Shown here in pieces: positions 8,301-23,109 of a DNA stretch of 64,000 nt. The notes beneath the pieces are model-generated. The model was not told where the DNA came from and did not search any database. It saw nothing but the letters and a program-made list of their open reading frames with translations. Position numbers and translations under genes: made by a program. This DNA is from Betaproteobacteria bacterium (GTDB lineage: Bacteria; Pseudomonadota; Gammaproteobacteria; Burkholderiales; SG8-41), in assembly GCA_900299145.1 (NCBI GenBank), contig OMIN01000031.1, positions 249 through 64,248 on the forward strand, in the 5' to 3' direction. Numbering within the stretch: the stretch's first letter is position 1; every line of letters begins with the position of its first letter.

Positions 8301-10883
8301 ATGACCCCCGCGCCGCCAGCCGCACCCGGCGGCGTGCCGCCGCTGACGCGATTCAAACAGACGCTCGACGCCGGCCGGGCCAAATTGCGCACGGCCTTCG
8401 AGTCGCGGCCGTCGGCCGCTGATCTGTTACGCAACCACTGCGCACTGGTGGATCAGGTACTGCGCGATATCTGGCAGGCGCACGAACTGCCGCCAGGGCT
8501 GGCGCTGGTGGCCGTGGGCGGCTACGCGCGCGGGCAGCTTTTTCCGTACTCCGACATCGACCTGCTGATCCTGCTCGATCAACCCGCCGATGCGGCGCTG
8601 GAAGCCAAACTGACCGCGCTGGTTGGCGCATGGTGGGACATCGGCCTTGAAACCGGCCACAGCGTGCGCACGGTGGATGAATGCGTGTACCTCGCGCGGC
8701 AGGACATCACCGTGCAGACCAATATGCTCGAGTCGCGCCTGCTCGCCGGCGACCGCAGGCGCTACAAGGAATTTGTCAGCGCCACCACCACGGCGCTCGA
8801 TCCGCTCGCCTTCATGCAGGCCAAGCGTCTCGAACAGCGCCAGCGCCATGCGCGTTACGAGGAAACCAATCTCGAACCGAATGTGAAAGAACGCGCCGGC
8901 GGGCTGCGCGACCTGCACCACATTTTCTGGAACACACGCGCAGCGGGCTTCGGCAAGAGCTGGCGCGATCTGGTGCGCCGGGGCGTGATCACTGAAAGCG
9001 AATCGCGCGACATTCAGCGGCACGAACGCTTTTTGCATCTCCTGCGCATCCGTTTGCATTATCTGGCCGGGCGGCGCGAAGACCGGCTGATTTTCGACGT
9101 GCAATCCGAAATCGCCAAGCAGTTCGGGCTTATCAATCGCGCACACCGGCTCGCCAGCGAGCAGTTGATGCAGCGTTACTACCAGACCACAAAAGCCGTG
9201 GCACAGATCGACAACGTCGTGCAGCAAAACCTGCGAGCGCGGCTCACCGGCGTGCGCGCGATCAAGCTGCAACCCATCGACGACAACTTTGGCATCCGCA
9301 ATGAAGTGCTGTCGATGCAGCACGATGAAGTGTATGAAAAGCACCCGAATGCATTGTTCGACACATTTCTGTATTTACAAAAACATCATGAAATCAATGG
9401 GTTAGGCGCAAACACGCTACGTGCGCTGTGGCGCGCTGGCAAGCTGATCGACCCCGATTTCCGCCGCGAGCCGAGCCATCGCGAACAGTTTCTGAACATT
9501 TTGCGCAGCCCCACGCGCGTCGTGCGCGAACTGCGCCGCATGAACCAGCTCGGCATACTTGGCGCCTACCTGCCGGCGTTTGGCAAGATCGTCGGCCAGA
9601 TGCAGCACGACGGTTACCATGTTTACACCGTCGACGAACACATCCTGCGCGTGATCCGCAATCTGCGGCGCTTTGCGGTGCCGGAACTCGCGCATGAATT
9701 TCCGCTGTGCAGCCGGCTGATGTCGGAATTTGAGCGGCCCGAAGTGCTGTATCTCGCGGGACTCTTTCACGACATTGCCAAGGGGCGTGGCGGCGATCAC
9801 TCCACGTTGGGCAAGGCGGACGCGGCGAAATTCTGCAAGGCGCATGGCTTGTCGGCAGAGGATTGCACACTGGTGGTGTGGCTGGTGGAGCAGCACCTGA
9901 TGATGTCGGCCACGGCACAAAAGCAGGATATTTCCGACCCCGAAGTTATTCAGGCCTTCGCCACAAAGGTTGTCAGTGAGCGGCGCCTTGTCGCGCTATA
10001 CCTGCTGACGGTGGCCGACATCCGCGGCACCAGCCCGAAGGTGTGGAACGCGTGGAAAGGCAAGCTCCTTGAAGACCTGTTCCTCGTCACACAACGGCAT
10101 CTGGCCGGCGACGCTCCCAGCGTTGAAAACAGCCAGCGCGCGCGGCAGGATGAAACCCGCGCCACGCTGCGCCTTTACGCAATCAGCGACGAGGCCATCG
10201 ACGCGTTCTGGAAAAAACTCGACACCGCGTACTTTTTACGCCACGACCCGCAGGAAATCGCCTGGCACACACGCACGCTCTACTACCGCGCACTGTCGCC
10301 CGACCCGGTGATCAAGGCGCGCCCGTCGCGCGCTGGCGAGGGTTTGCAGGTAATGGTGTACGTGCGCGATCAGGAAGAACTTTTTGCGCGCATTTGTGCG
10401 TTTTTCGAGGGCATCCGCTACAACATTCACGAAGCGCGCATCTACACCGCGCAATATGGCTATGCGCTCGACACTTTTCAGGTGCAGGAAGCAGGCGGCG
10501 CCGACATTGATTATCGCGATCTCACCGCCTATATCGAACATGAACTCGCTCAAAGCCTGCGCCTGAAAGCGCCGCTGCCGCCGCTTACCAAACCGCGCCT
10601 GTCGCGGCAGTTGCGGCACTTTCCGATATCGCCCGAAGTCAGCATCCAGAAGGACGACCGCGGCCAGTATCAGGTGCTGTCGATCATCGCTGGCGACCGG
10701 CCGGGCCTTCTGTCACGCATCGCACGCGTGTTTCTTGCCTACGGCATTAACCTGCACACCGCAAAAATCAACACGCTGGGTGCGCGCGCCGAAGATACAT
10801 TTTTGATTACCGGCGCCGCGCTAAGCGATCCCAAGCAGGTGGTGCGGATGGAAGGTGATTTGATTGAAACACTAAAAATATGA
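8301..10883 (+). CDS. glnD: Bifunctional uridylyltransferase/uridylyl-removing enzyme
   Basis: AVGGYARGQLFPYSDIDL, HVYTVDEH, LFHDIAKGRGGDHS, two ACT domains; follows map. Confidence 0.97.
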   Translation: MTPAPPAAPGGVPPLTRFKQTLDAGRAKLRTAFESRPSAADLLRNHCALVDQVLRDIWQAHELPPGLALVAVGGYARGQLFPYSDIDLLILLDQPADAALEAKLTALVGAWWDIGLETGHSVRTVDECVYLARQDITVQTNMLESRLLAGDRRRYKEFVSATTTALDPLAFMQAKRLEQRQRHARYEETNLEPNVKERAGGLRDLHHIFWNTRAAGFGKSWRDLVRRGVITESESRDIQRHERFLHLLRIRLHYLAGRREDRLIFDVQSEIAKQFGLINRAHRLASEQLMQRYYQTTKAVAQIDNVVQQNLRARLTGVRAIKLQPIDDNFGIRNEVLSMQHDEVYEKHPNALFDTFLYLQKHHEINGLGANTLRALWRAGKLIDPDFRREPSHREQFLNILRSPTRVVRELRRMNQLGILGAYLPAFGKIVGQMQHDGYHVYTVDEHILRVIRNLRRFAVPELAHEFPLCSRLMSEFERPEVLYLAGLFHDIAKGRGGDHSTLGKADAAKFCKAHGLSAEDCTLVVWLVEQHLMMSATAQKQDISDPEVIQAFATKVVSERRLVALYLLTVADIRGTSPKVWNAWKGKLLEDLFLVTQRHLAGDAPSVENSQRARQDETRATLRLYAISDEAIDAFWKKLDTAYFLRHDPQEIAWHTRTLYYRALSPDPVIKARPSRAGEGLQVMVYVRDQEELFARICAFFEGIRYNIHEARIYTAQYGYALDTFQVQEAGGADIDYRDLTAYIEHELAQSLRLKAPLPPLTKPRLSRQLRHFPISPEVSIQKDDRGQYQVLSIIAGDRPGLLSRIARVFLAYGINLHTAKINTLGARAEDTFLITGAALSDPKQVVRMEGDLIETLKI

Positions 10884-10922
10884 ATAAAATCATATAGTTA
10901 CAATTTACCAACCCAATCACCC

Positions 10923-11456
10923 TCACTCGTCCGCTATCTCCTCGTCTGGAAACAACTCCGCCGTAAACCCGAAGTTGCGCAAGTCGCGGATGCGCATCGG
11001 GTACAAAATGCCTGCCAGATGATCGCACTCGTGCTGCACCACGCGCGCGTGAAAATCGCTTACCGTACGATCGATCTTCTTGCCGGTTTCGTCAAAGCCC
11101 TGATAACGCAGCTTGAGAAAGCGTGGCACCAGCCCGCGCATGCCGGGCACTGAAAGGCAGCCTTCCCAGCCTTCTTCGATGTCGTCGCCCACCGGCGTGA
11201 GTTTGGGATTCACCAAAATCGTGAACGGCACTTCTTCGGCATCCGGATAGCGCGGATTTTTTTCCACGCCGAAAATCACCACTTGCAGGTTAACGCCGAT
11301 CTGTGGCGCAGCCAGCCCCGCACCATTGAGCGACTTCATGGTGTCCCGCATGTCGGCGATCAAATTATTCAACTCGTCGGTTCGGAATTTCCTGACAGGC
11401 CTCGACGGCTCCAACAGCCGCGGATCGCCCATCCTTAACACCGGTTTAATTGCCAT
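10923..11456 (-). CDS. def: Peptide deformylase
   Basis: [24 protein letters not shown]; start MAIKPVL at 11456. Confidence 0.95.
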   Translation of the reverse strand: MAIKPVLRMGDPRLLEPSRPVRKFRTDELNNLIADMRDTMKSLNGAGLAAPQIGVNLQVVIFGVEKNPRYPDAEEVPFTILVNPKLTPVGDDIEEGWEGCLSVPGMRGLVPRFLKLRYQGFDETGKKIDRTVSDFHARVVQHECDHLAGILYPMRIRDLRNFGFTAELFPDEEIADE

Positions 11457-12264
11457 CGGCCACCGTCTCCAGAAGTATGCGCACGACCCCCGCCATCGCC
11501 TCGCGCGCCAGCGCTTCGGCACCAGCGAGATCAATCGCCTTTGCACTGTCACCGGTGCCGGCGGCCGCGTTCACCACCAGCGCCAGATGGGCATAGCACA
11601 TGCCCAGTTCACGCGCGAGTGCAGCTTCCGGCATGCCGGTCATGCCGACCATGTGCGCGCCGTCGCGTGCCAGACGCTGAATTTCCGCCGCCGTTTCCAG
11701 GCGCGGGCCTTGGGTGGTTGCATAGGCGCCGCCATCGCGCACGGCAATGCCGGCACGCATGGCCGCCCGAAGCAAACGTGCGCGCAAGTTGCCATCGTAC
11801 GGCTGGGTAAAATCAATATGCTTCACGACGCCAGACGCCGCGCCGCTTTGTGCGACGATTTCTGCGGAAATTTCGCCGGCACTTTCGCCAACCACTGCGC
11901 CATCGAAAAACGTCGATGCGCGGCCCCATGTGTAATCGATGATTTGATCCGGCACCACCAGCACGCCCGCGTTTAGCCCGGCTGCAATGCCGCCGACAGT
12001 CGCCACCGCTATAACGTCCGTCACGCCCTGCGCATGCAACGCCCATGCGTTCGCACGGTAGTTGATGCGGTGCGGCGCATATTGATGCCGCTCGCCGTGC
12101 CGCGCCAGAAACACAACTTCACGCCCGCTCAACTTACCGATGAGCAGCGCTGCGGACGGCTTGCCAAAGGGCGTATCGGCGTCGACACGCCGCGCTTCCT
12201 GCAGCGCAGCCAATTGGTCCAGACTGCTGCCGCCAATGATGGCGAGCTTGCGGTTAGGTTGCAT
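11446..12264 (-). CDS. mtnP: S-methyl-5'-thioinosine/methylthioadenosine phosphorylase
   Basis: [35 protein letters not shown]. Confidence 0.9.
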   Translation of the reverse strand: MQPNRKLAIIGGSSLDQLAALQEARRVDADTPFGKPSAALLIGKLSGREVVFLARHGERHQYAPHRINYRANAWALHAQGVTDVIAVATVGGIAAGLNAGVLVVPDQIIDYTWGRASTFFDGAVVGESAGEISAEIVAQSGAASGVVKHIDFTQPYDGNLRARLLRAAMRAGIAVRDGGAYATTQGPRLETAAEIQRLARDGAHMVGMTGMPEAALARELGMCYAHLALVVNAAAGTGDSAKAIDLAGAEALAREAMAGVVRILLETVADGN

Positions 12265-12317
12265 GTTTCAGATCATCGGTTGCGGTACGATCCAACAATA
12301 TCAATAAAAACAGATAC

Positions 12318-15505
<3,188 letters not shown>

Positions 15506-15523
15506 AGGTTACTCATGACGTAA

Positions 15524-18500
15524 CTACGCAGCTTCGGACAGTTTCATCGCTTCTTCGATATCCACCGCCACCACGCGCGAAATGCCCGGCTCCTGCATGG
15601 TGATGCCGAGGAGCTGGTTCGCCATTTCCATGGTAATTTTGTTGTGGCTGATAAAAAGAAACTGCGAATTGTCCGACATTTTTTTCACCAGATCGCAGAA
15701 GCGCTCGGTGTTGGAATCATCCAGCGGAGCGTCCACCTCGTCCAGCAGGCAAAACGGGGCCGGATTCAGGCGGAACATGGCAAATACCAGCGACAGCGCC
15801 GTCAGCGCCTTTTCACCGCCCGACAGCAGATGGATGGAAGCGTTTTTCTTGCCCGGCGGCTGCGCGGTGACATGCACGCCGGCATCGAGAATTTCGTCGC
15901 CCGTGAGCGTGAGCCGGGCCTGCCCGCCGCCGAACAGGGCCGGAAACATTTCGCTGAAATGCCGGTTCACCTCGTCAAAAGTGGCCTGCAGTTTGTCGCG
16001 GGTCTCGCGGTCAATGCGGCGGATGGCGTCTTCAAGCGTCGCCATCGCTTCGTTCAAATCTTTCGACTGCGCATCAAGATAATCGCGGCGCTCAGTGGCA
16101 GCCTTCAGTTCTTCCAGCGCGGCCAGGTTAACCGCGCCCAGCGCGCGAATTTCTTCGTTGATGCGGTTGATCTCCGTTTGCAGCGCGTTGGAGCGTGTGC
16201 CTTTTTCCAGCAGATCGGCGAGCACCACTTCGTCTGCGCCCACTTCCAGCAACTGCTGGCCGTATTGCTCTTCGGTCAACCGCGCTTCCTGCTCCTTCAG
16301 GCGTACTTCGGCAATGCGTTCGCGCAGCGGTCCGAGCTTCTCCTCGGAAGCCACGCGCTCCTGCTCGACGCCACGTAACTGCGTGTCCATGCCTTCCAGC
16401 GCGTCGCGCGCCAGTGCCAGCGCCTGCTCGCGCGTGACGCGCGTATCTAGCATCGCCTGTAACTGCTCCTGCCACGGCGCTTCGTCGTAGTTGGAAAGGT
16501 CGCTTTCCGATTCATCAATGTTCGATTCCAGCGCCGCAATCGAGGTGCTCAGCCGCTGGATCGCCTGATCTATCTCATTGATTTTATTGATAATTGTTTT
16601 TTGCGCGAACAGTGCTTCCTGATGTGCCCGGCGCGCCTGCTCAGCGGCCAGCCGCTGCGCATTGAGCGCGGCTTCAGCCTGCTGATAATCCGCAGCCGAT
16701 TGCTCGACCTGCTCGGCCAATGAGGCGCGCTCGTCCTGCAATTGCGCCATCGCCGATTCCGCAGCGTTGCGATTGGCGGTCTCCGACAACACCAGCGCGG
16801 CAATCTCCGCGATCTCTGCGGCAATCTGCTCACCACGTTGCGTGGCGCGTTGCGCCTGTTCCGACAGACGCACGGCCTCGACCTGCACCGCGTGCAAATC
16901 ATTTTGCGCCTGACTGACGCCGGCGCGCAGCTCAGCTGCCTCGACGCGACAATCCTCCACCGCCGCTTTCGCCTGCGCCACGGCTTGCTCAAGCGTATCC
17001 AGCCGTGCGGCGGCGATGTGTGAATCTTCCTGCAGTTTTTCGATTTCGCGCTGGCGCGACAACACACCGTGCAACTCACTGTCGGCGCTATCTGGTGCGT
17101 GAATCGTCACGCTGTGACGCGTGAACACATGTCCATTGGCCGCCACCAGCATGCCCCCTACGGGCAATAGCGCACGGCGCGCCATACCGCTCGCCGTGTC
17201 CGGCGTGGTGTAAACACCATGCAGCCAGTCATCGACCACTGCCGCCAGCCGTGCATCGCGGCAAGTGACGTGACGTCGCAACGGCTCCCAGCCCTGCACT
17301 TCCTCCGGCGCGCCCGCGGGCGGCGCCAGGGTATCCACCACAGTCAGTTTGCCCGGCGGTGGCTGCGTCAACCAATCGGCGGCGCTGTCCCGTGAGTCGA
17401 GCGCTACCTGATCTGGCACCGCAGCGTTCAGCCGCTCACGCAGCACGGCTTCGAGCGCATCTTCCCAACCTGATGCGATTTCAATGCCTTGCCAGAAGCG
17501 CGGCTCCTTATCCAGACCACGCGCCGCGAGCCAGCTTTCCATGTTGCCGCCATTGGCGCCACGCGACAGCTTTGCCTGCAATTGCGACAGCGCGTTGATA
17601 CGCGCCTCGATTTCCGCGCGCGCGCGCGATGCCGCATCCAGTTCCAGCTGACGCTCGCGCACCGCGCTTTCCAGCGCCGGAATTTTGTCTTCGCTATCCA
17701 GCAAACGCTGGCGCTGATCTTCCAACTGCTGCTCGTACTGCGCGGATTGTTCCGTCAGTTGTTCAAGCCGTGCAGTATCCGCCACCGGCAACGCAGCGCG
17801 CTCATCGGCCAGACGCGACTGGCGCAGCGCAAACTGCTCCAGCAACCGCGCGGCGTGACCGCTTTGCGTTTGCTCGACTTGCAGGCGCTGCTGCACCTGC
17901 GACAGATTGCGTTGCACGTTTTCGCGCCGGCTGTAACTCTCGCGATGCGCCGCTTCGGCCTCCGGCAATTTCCGGCCCTGCGCATCCGCCTCGGCTTCGC
18001 TCGCCAGCGCGCGCTCGTCCGCCTGCGTACGCGCCGCGCGTGTATCGTCGAGGGCACGTTGTGCATCGAGCAACTGCGACTGGTTGTCGTCGCGCTGGCC
18101 ACGCAGCGTGCCGATATGGTGCTCGATGCGCGCGCGGTTGTCGCGCACATGCGTGATCTGCTGTTCCAGCCGCGCCACCTCGGCATTGGCTTCGTAAAGC
18201 GCGCCCTGGCAGGCATGCAGCGCGTCGCCCGCCTTGTAATGCTCGCTGCGCAGTTCCTCCAGCCGCTTCTCAGCCTCGCGCAGGCGCGCGGTTTCGGCTT
18301 CGAGTTCGAGTCCCGTGCGCTCGATATCACGCGCGTGGCGCGCGCGAGCGGCTACCGCCTCTTTCTTGCGCGTGAACCACAACAGATTCTGCGAAGTGGT
18401 CAGTTCAGACTGCAATTCGTGGTATTTGCGGGCAACTTCGGCCTGCGCCTGCAAGTGTTCGATCTGCTTGGCCAGTTCCTGCCGGATGTCGTCCACACGC

Positions 18501-19075
18501 AGCAGGTTTTCGCGCGTATCACGCAACCGCGCCTCGGTTTCCTTGCGCCGCTCGCGGTATTTGGAAACGCCAGCGGCTTCTTCGAGGAACACGCGCAGTT
18601 CTTCCGGCTTCGCTTCAATCACGCGCGAAATCATGCCCTGCTCAATGATGGCATAGGCACGCGCGCCCAGGCCGGTACCCAGAAAAATATCCGCGATGTC
18701 GCGCCGGCGCACCACGATGTTGTTGATGTAGTAGGTCGAATCGCCGTCGCGCTCCAGCACGCGCTTTACGGAAATTTCAGCGTAGCTCGACCACTGCCCC
18801 GCCGCCTTGCCCAGACTGTTGTCGAACAGCAGTTCGACACTCGCACGGTTCACCGGCTTGCGATTGCCGGAGCCGTTGAACAGCACGTCCTGCATGGTGG
18901 CGCCGCGCAAATGGCGCGCGGAGGTTTCACCGAGCACCCAGCGCACGGCGTCGATCACGTTTGATTTGCCGCAACCGTTGGGGCCGACAATGCCCACCAG
19001 TTGCCCCGGCACCGGAATCTGCGTGGGGTCTACAAACGATTTGAATCCGGCAAGATTGATATGAGTGAGGCGCAA
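15524..19075 (-). CDS. smc: Chromosome segregation protein SMC
   Basis: GPNGCGKSN Walker A, coiled coils and hinge, LSGGE, LLDEVD; TTG start. Confidence 0.97.
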   Translation of the reverse strand: MRLTHINLAGFKSFVDPTQIPVPGQLVGIVGPNGCGKSNVIDAVRWVLGETSARHLRGATMQDVLFNGSGNRKPVNRASVELLFDNSLGKAAGQWSSYAEISVKRVLERDGDSTYYINNIVVRRRDIADIFLGTGLGARAYAIIEQGMISRVIEAKPEELRVFLEEAAGVSKYRERRKETEARLRDTRENLLRVDDIRQELAKQIEHLQAQAEVARKYHELQSELTTSQNLLWFTRKKEAVAARARHARDIERTGLELEAETARLREAEKRLEELRSEHYKAGDALHACQGALYEANAEVARLEQQITHVRDNRARIEHHIGTLRGQRDDNQSQLLDAQRALDDTRAARTQADERALASEAEADAQGRKLPEAEAAHRESYSRRENVQRNLSQVQQRLQVEQTQSGHAARLLEQFALRQSRLADERAALPVADTARLEQLTEQSAQYEQQLEDQRQRLLDSEDKIPALESAVRERQLELDAASRARAEIEARINALSQLQAKLSRGANGGNMESWLAARGLDKEPRFWQGIEIASGWEDALEAVLRERLNAAVPDQVALDSRDSAADWLTQPPPGKLTVVDTLAPPAGAPEEVQGWEPLRRHVTCRDARLAAVVDDWLHGVYTTPDTASGMARRALLPVGGMLVAANGHVFTRHSVTIHAPDSADSELHGVLSRQREIEKLQEDSHIAAARLDTLEQAVAQAKAAVEDCRVEAAELRAGVSQAQNDLHAVQVEAVRLSEQAQRATQRGEQIAAEIAEIAALVLSETANRNAAESAMAQLQDERASLAEQVEQSAADYQQAEAALNAQRLAAEQARRAHQEALFAQKTIINKINEIDQAIQRLSTSIAALESNIDESESDLSNYDEAPWQEQLQAMLDTRVTREQALALARDALEGMDTQLRGVEQERVASEEKLGPLRERIAEVRLKEQEARLTEEQYGQQLLEVGADEVVLADLLEKGTRSNALQTEINRINEEIRALGAVNLAALEELKAATERRDYLDAQSKDLNEAMATLEDAIRRIDRETRDKLQATFDEVNRHFSEMFPALFGGGQARLTLTGDEILDAGVHVTAQPPGKKNASIHLLSGGEKALTALSLVFAMFRLNPAPFCLLDEVDAPLDDSNTERFCDLVKKMSDNSQFLFISHNKITMEMANQLLGITMQEPGISRVVAVDIEEAMKLSEAA

Positions 19076-19249
19076 TTTAGAATTCTTGAACGTCGGCTGG
19101 AGCGGGATGACAGGAGGTGGGGGGTATAATCGATACAGCCGATCTGTTCAATCGATCTATTCAATCAATCCATCGATCAATCCACCACGATTGTGTAGCG
19201 CAATTTTAACTGATTTACTGATTTTCCCCAATGTGAACGCACGGCGATC

Positions 19250-19666
19250 ATGCCCAGCAAGCCCTCTAAAAAACTTGAAACTTTTGCCAATCCGGCGTCG
19301 CGCCGCGACTACCGGATTCACATGGAAATTCCTGAATTTACATGCCTTTGTCCGATCACCGGGCAGCCGGATTTCGCCACATTGGTACTCGATTTTGTGC
19401 CGGACAAGCGCTGTATCGAATTGAAAAGTCTCAAACTTTATGTGTGGTCATTTCGCAACGAGGGGGCGTTTCACGAAGCCGTGACGCACCGCATCCTCGA
19501 TGACCTGGTGAAGGCGATATCTCCACGGTTCATGCGGCTCACCGCGCATTTTTACGTGCGCGGCGGGATTTTCACCACGGTGGTGGCTGAACACGCGCGG
19601 CGTGGGTGGAGCGCGCGCAAGCTGCCGCCGCTGGAACCTGCCCCTACCCCCGCCAACATGCGGTAG
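19250..19666 (+). CDS. queF: 7-cyano-7-deazaguanine reductase (short single-domain type)
   Basis: [30 protein letters not shown]. Confidence 0.95.
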   Translation: MPSKPSKKLETFANPASRRDYRIHMEIPEFTCLCPITGQPDFATLVLDFVPDKRCIELKSLKLYVWSFRNEGAFHEAVTHRILDDLVKAISPRFMRLTAHFYVRGGIFTTVVAEHARRGWSARKLPPLEPAPTPANMR

Positions 19667-19779
19667 CGCCGGCGGTGTCTCTAGCCACGGAATTTCCCTT
19701 TATAATCCGCGCGTTGTAAAACCTGCGCCGGCCTTTCGACCTATCCGCCACAGCCGGTGCACCCAAGCGAAAGTCATCG

Positions 19780-20970
19780 TTGAACCCCAATCTGGACAAA
19801 CTGCAGAGCTATCCGTTCGAGAAGCGCAATGCGCTGCTGGCTGGTGCGACACCCAACGCCGCGTTTTCACCGATCCAGCTCTACATTGGCGAACCCAAGC
19901 ACCCGACGCCGCAATTTATCAGGCAGGCGCTCATCGATAATTTTGCCGATCTGGCGAGCTATCCGGCCACGGCTGGTCTACCCGTGCTGCGCGAAGCCAT
20001 TGCGCGCTGGATCAAGCTGCGCTATCAGGCCAATATCGACCCGGCGACTCAGATAGTCCCGGTTACCGGCAGCCGCGAGGCGCTGTTTTCGTTCGCGCAA
20101 TGCGTAATCGACGCCGGCAAACCCGACCCGGTGGTGGTCTGTCCCAATCCCTTCTACCAAATCTACGAAGGCGGCGCGCTATTGGCCGGCGCTACGCCGT
20201 ATTTTCTCAACAGCCTGCCGCAAAACCGCTACGCTGCAAATCTCGCCGAACTCCCGGATTCAGTTTGGCGGCGCACCCAGATGATCATTACCTGCTCGCC
20301 CGGTAACCCGACTGGCGCGGTGATGTCGATGGCCGAATGGAAAGCACTGTTCGAGCTCTCCGACAAATACGGTTTTGTGATCGCCTCCGACGAGTGCTAT
20401 TCGGAAATCTATTTCAAGGAAGGCGAGCCGCCGCTGGGCGCGCTGGACGCCGCCCGCCAGCTCGGCCGCACCGATTTCAAACGGCTGGTGATGTTCTCCA
20501 GCCTGTCCAAACGCTCCAACGTGCCGGGCATGCGCTCCGGGTTCGTCGCCGGCGACGCCGGGATCATCCAAAAATACCTGTTGTATCGCACGTATCACGG
20601 CTGCGCCATGAGCGGCACGGTGCAAAAAGCCAGCGCCATTGCCTGGGGCGACGAAAAACACGTGGTCGAAAACCGGCGGCTGTATCGCGAAAAATTCGAT
20701 CTCGCGCTGGATATCCTGAAACCGGTATGTGACATCGACACACCCGACGCCGCGTTTTACTTGTGGCTGCCCACGCCGATAAGCGACACCGAGTTTGCAC
20801 GCCGGCTGTATATCGACAAGAATGTCGCCGTATTGCCCGGCAGCTTCCTCGCACGGGAGGCGCAGGGCGTAAATCCAGGCGCCAACCGGGTACGCATCGC
20901 GCTGGTATCGAGCGTTGACGAATGTGCCGAAAGTAGCCGGCGCATTCGGGATTTCATCAAAGCGTTGTAA
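19780..20970 (+). CDS. dapC: Succinyldiaminopimelate transaminase
   Basis: [31 protein letters not shown]; upstream of dapD; TTG start. Confidence 0.93.
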   Translation: MNPNLDKLQSYPFEKRNALLAGATPNAAFSPIQLYIGEPKHPTPQFIRQALIDNFADLASYPATAGLPVLREAIARWIKLRYQANIDPATQIVPVTGSREALFSFAQCVIDAGKPDPVVVCPNPFYQIYEGGALLAGATPYFLNSLPQNRYAANLAELPDSVWRRTQMIITCSPGNPTGAVMSMAEWKALFELSDKYGFVIASDECYSEIYFKEGEPPLGALDAARQLGRTDFKRLVMFSSLSKRSNVPGMRSGFVAGDAGIIQKYLLYRTYHGCAMSGTVQKASAIAWGDEKHVVENRRLYREKFDLALDILKPVCDIDTPDAAFYLWLPTPISDTEFARRLYIDKNVAVLPGSFLAREAQGVNPGANRVRIALVSSVDECAESSRRIRDFIKAL

Positions 20971-20998
20971 AATTAATGAATTAAATCAAAGGCTTACA

Positions 20999-21820
20999 AT
21001 GTCAGACCTGCAAACCACCATCGAACAGGCGTGGGAAGACCGCGCCAATATCTCGCCCGCCAAGGCGCCCAAACTCGTGCGCGAGGCGGTTGACGAAACC
21101 ATCAATCAGATTGACCGTGGCCAACTGCGCGTCGCCGAAAAACTCAACGGTGACTGGGTAACGCACCAGTGGGCCAAGAAAGCCGTGCTGCTGTCGTTCC
21201 GGCTGTACGACAACGAGGTGCTGAAAGACGGCTACTCGCAGTACTACGACAAAGTGCCCTCCAAGTTTCAGGGCATGACTGCCGAAGGCTTTCAGCAAGC
21301 CGGTTATCGCGTGGTGCCGCCGGCGGCCGCACGCAAAGGCTCGTACATTGCCAAGAACGTGGTGCTGATGCCGTCCTTCGTCAACATCGGCGCCTACGTC
21401 GATGAAGGCACCATGGTCGACACTTGGGCGACCGTCGGCTCCTGCGCACAGATCGGCAAGAACGTACATCTGTCCGGCGGCGTCGGCATCGGCGGCGTGC
21501 TGGAACCACTGCAGGCCAACCCCACGATTATCGAAGACAATTGTTTCATCGGCGCGCGCTCGGAAGTGGTCGAGGGCGTCATCATTGAAACTGGCTCAGT
21601 GTTGTCGATGGGTGTGTTCATTGGCCAGAGCACCAAAATTTTTCACCGCGAAAGCGGCAAAGTGCTGTATGGTCGCGTGCCCGCGGGTTCGGTAGTAGTG
21701 CCCGGCTCGCTGCCTTCGCCCGACGGCAAATGCAATTTATACTGCGCGGTGATCGTCAAACAGGTCGACGCGCAGACTCGGGCCAAAACCAGCATCAATG
21801 AACTGCTGCGGATGGATTAA
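20999..21820 (+). CDS. dapD: Tetrahydrodipicolinate N-succinyltransferase
   Basis: [16 protein letters not shown], hexapeptide repeats, KTSINELLR. Confidence 0.97.
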   Translation: MSDLQTTIEQAWEDRANISPAKAPKLVREAVDETINQIDRGQLRVAEKLNGDWVTHQWAKKAVLLSFRLYDNEVLKDGYSQYYDKVPSKFQGMTAEGFQQAGYRVVPPAAARKGSYIAKNVVLMPSFVNIGAYVDEGTMVDTWATVGSCAQIGKNVHLSGGVGIGGVLEPLQANPTIIEDNCFIGARSEVVEGVIIETGSVLSMGVFIGQSTKIFHRESGKVLYGRVPAGSVVVPGSLPSPDGKCNLYCAVIVKQVDAQTRAKTSINELLRMD

Positions 21821-21863
21821 ACGATTCGTGTTAAGTGTTGAATAAATCCCCGGGGAGAATTCC

Positions 21864-23063
21864 ATGTTCGTAACGCCGCTGTTCAAACTGATGGCCGACA
21901 AGCAGGCATCGGACATGTTTTTCACCTGCGGCGCGCCGATCCAGATCAAAATCAACGGCGTGGTGATGCCGATCAACGATCAGCGCTTGACGCCAGAGCA
22001 GGTGCATACCATCTGCTACGAGTTGATGAACCCGCAGCAGGCGAAGGAATTCAACGAAGTGCATGAAATGAACTTCGCTCGGCGCGGCGAAGGCGGCCCC
22101 GACGGCGTGGTCGGCAATTTCCGCATCAATATATTCATGCAGCGCAACACCGTTGGCATGGTGATTCGCTACGTCAAACCCGACATTCCCGCCTTCGATT
22201 CGCTCGGCCTGCCGCCGGTGCTGAAAGAAGTCATCATGGAAAAACTCGGGCTGATCCTGATCGTCGGCTCCACCGGCTCCGGCAAATCGACCACCATGGC
22301 GTCGATGATCGATTACCGCAACTCGGTGCGGTCAGGCCACATCCTCACCATCGAAGACCCGGTGGAATTCGCCTTCCGCCACAAGAAATCCATTGTCAAC
22401 CAGCGCGAGGTGCGCGTAGACACGCACTCGTACGAGGCGGCACTGATCAGCGCCATGCGTGAAGCGCCCGATTTGCTGATGATCGGTGAGGTGCGCGACC
22501 GCACCACGCTGCAAAGCGCGCTGCTGTTCGCGCAGACGGGGCACCTGTGCATGACCACGCTGCACGCCAACAACAGCTACAACGCGTTAAACCGCATCAT
22601 CAATTTTTTCCCGCGCGACATGCGTGATGCCGTGCTCGCCGATCTTTCCATCGGGGTGCGTTGCGTGATTTCACAGCGGCTGGTACGTACCGCGGACGGC
22701 CGCCGCGTGCCGGCGGTGGAAGTCATGCTCAACACCAAACTCATCTCGGAACTCATCGCCAAGGGTGATATCGGCGCCATCAAGGAAGCCATGGAACAAA
22801 GCATGTCGGCCGGCTCTCAAACCTTCGAGCAGGCGCTCTTCCGGCATTATCAGGCGGGCACCATCACGCTCGACGAAGCGCTCGCCAATTCCGATTCGCC
22901 AACCAACCTGCGCTGGCTGATCGACAACGCCATGACGGAAAAGGCGGAAAAGCCCAAGCCCGGTGCGCGCGCCCCTTCGGCTGCGCCCGCACCCGCCGCC
23001 GCTTCAACCAAGGCGCCTGACGATCTGTCCAACATCAAGCTCAACCTGGACGCGCTGAATTAA
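21864..23063 (+). CDS. pilU: PilT/PilU family type IV pilus ATPase (PilU-like)
   Basis: ASDMF, GSTGSGKST, TIEDPVE, GEVRD, TTLHAN. Confidence 0.85.
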   Translation: MFVTPLFKLMADKQASDMFFTCGAPIQIKINGVVMPINDQRLTPEQVHTICYELMNPQQAKEFNEVHEMNFARRGEGGPDGVVGNFRINIFMQRNTVGMVIRYVKPDIPAFDSLGLPPVLKEVIMEKLGLILIVGSTGSGKSTTMASMIDYRNSVRSGHILTIEDPVEFAFRHKKSIVNQREVRVDTHSYEAALISAMREAPDLLMIGEVRDRTTLQSALLFAQTGHLCMTTLHANNSYNALNRIINFFPRDMRDAVLADLSIGVRCVISQRLVRTADGRRVPAVEVMLNTKLISELIAKGDIGAIKEAMEQSMSAGSQTFEQALFRHYQAGTITLDEALANSDSPTNLRWLIDNAMTEKAEKPKPGARAPSAAPAPAAASTKAPDDLSNIKLNLDALN

Positions 23064-23109
23064 GCCGCGCGATACCACCGCAGGCACGCTGGCCGCGCGC
23101 GGTGCGCGG

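Noticed and set aside
17489-18964. 491-aa + strand ORF
   Set aside because: Antisense shadow of smc coiled coil
19250-19666. Short QueF as a sign of horizontal transfer
   Set aside because: Single-domain QueF is known in several betaproteobacterial lineages; composition matches neighbours
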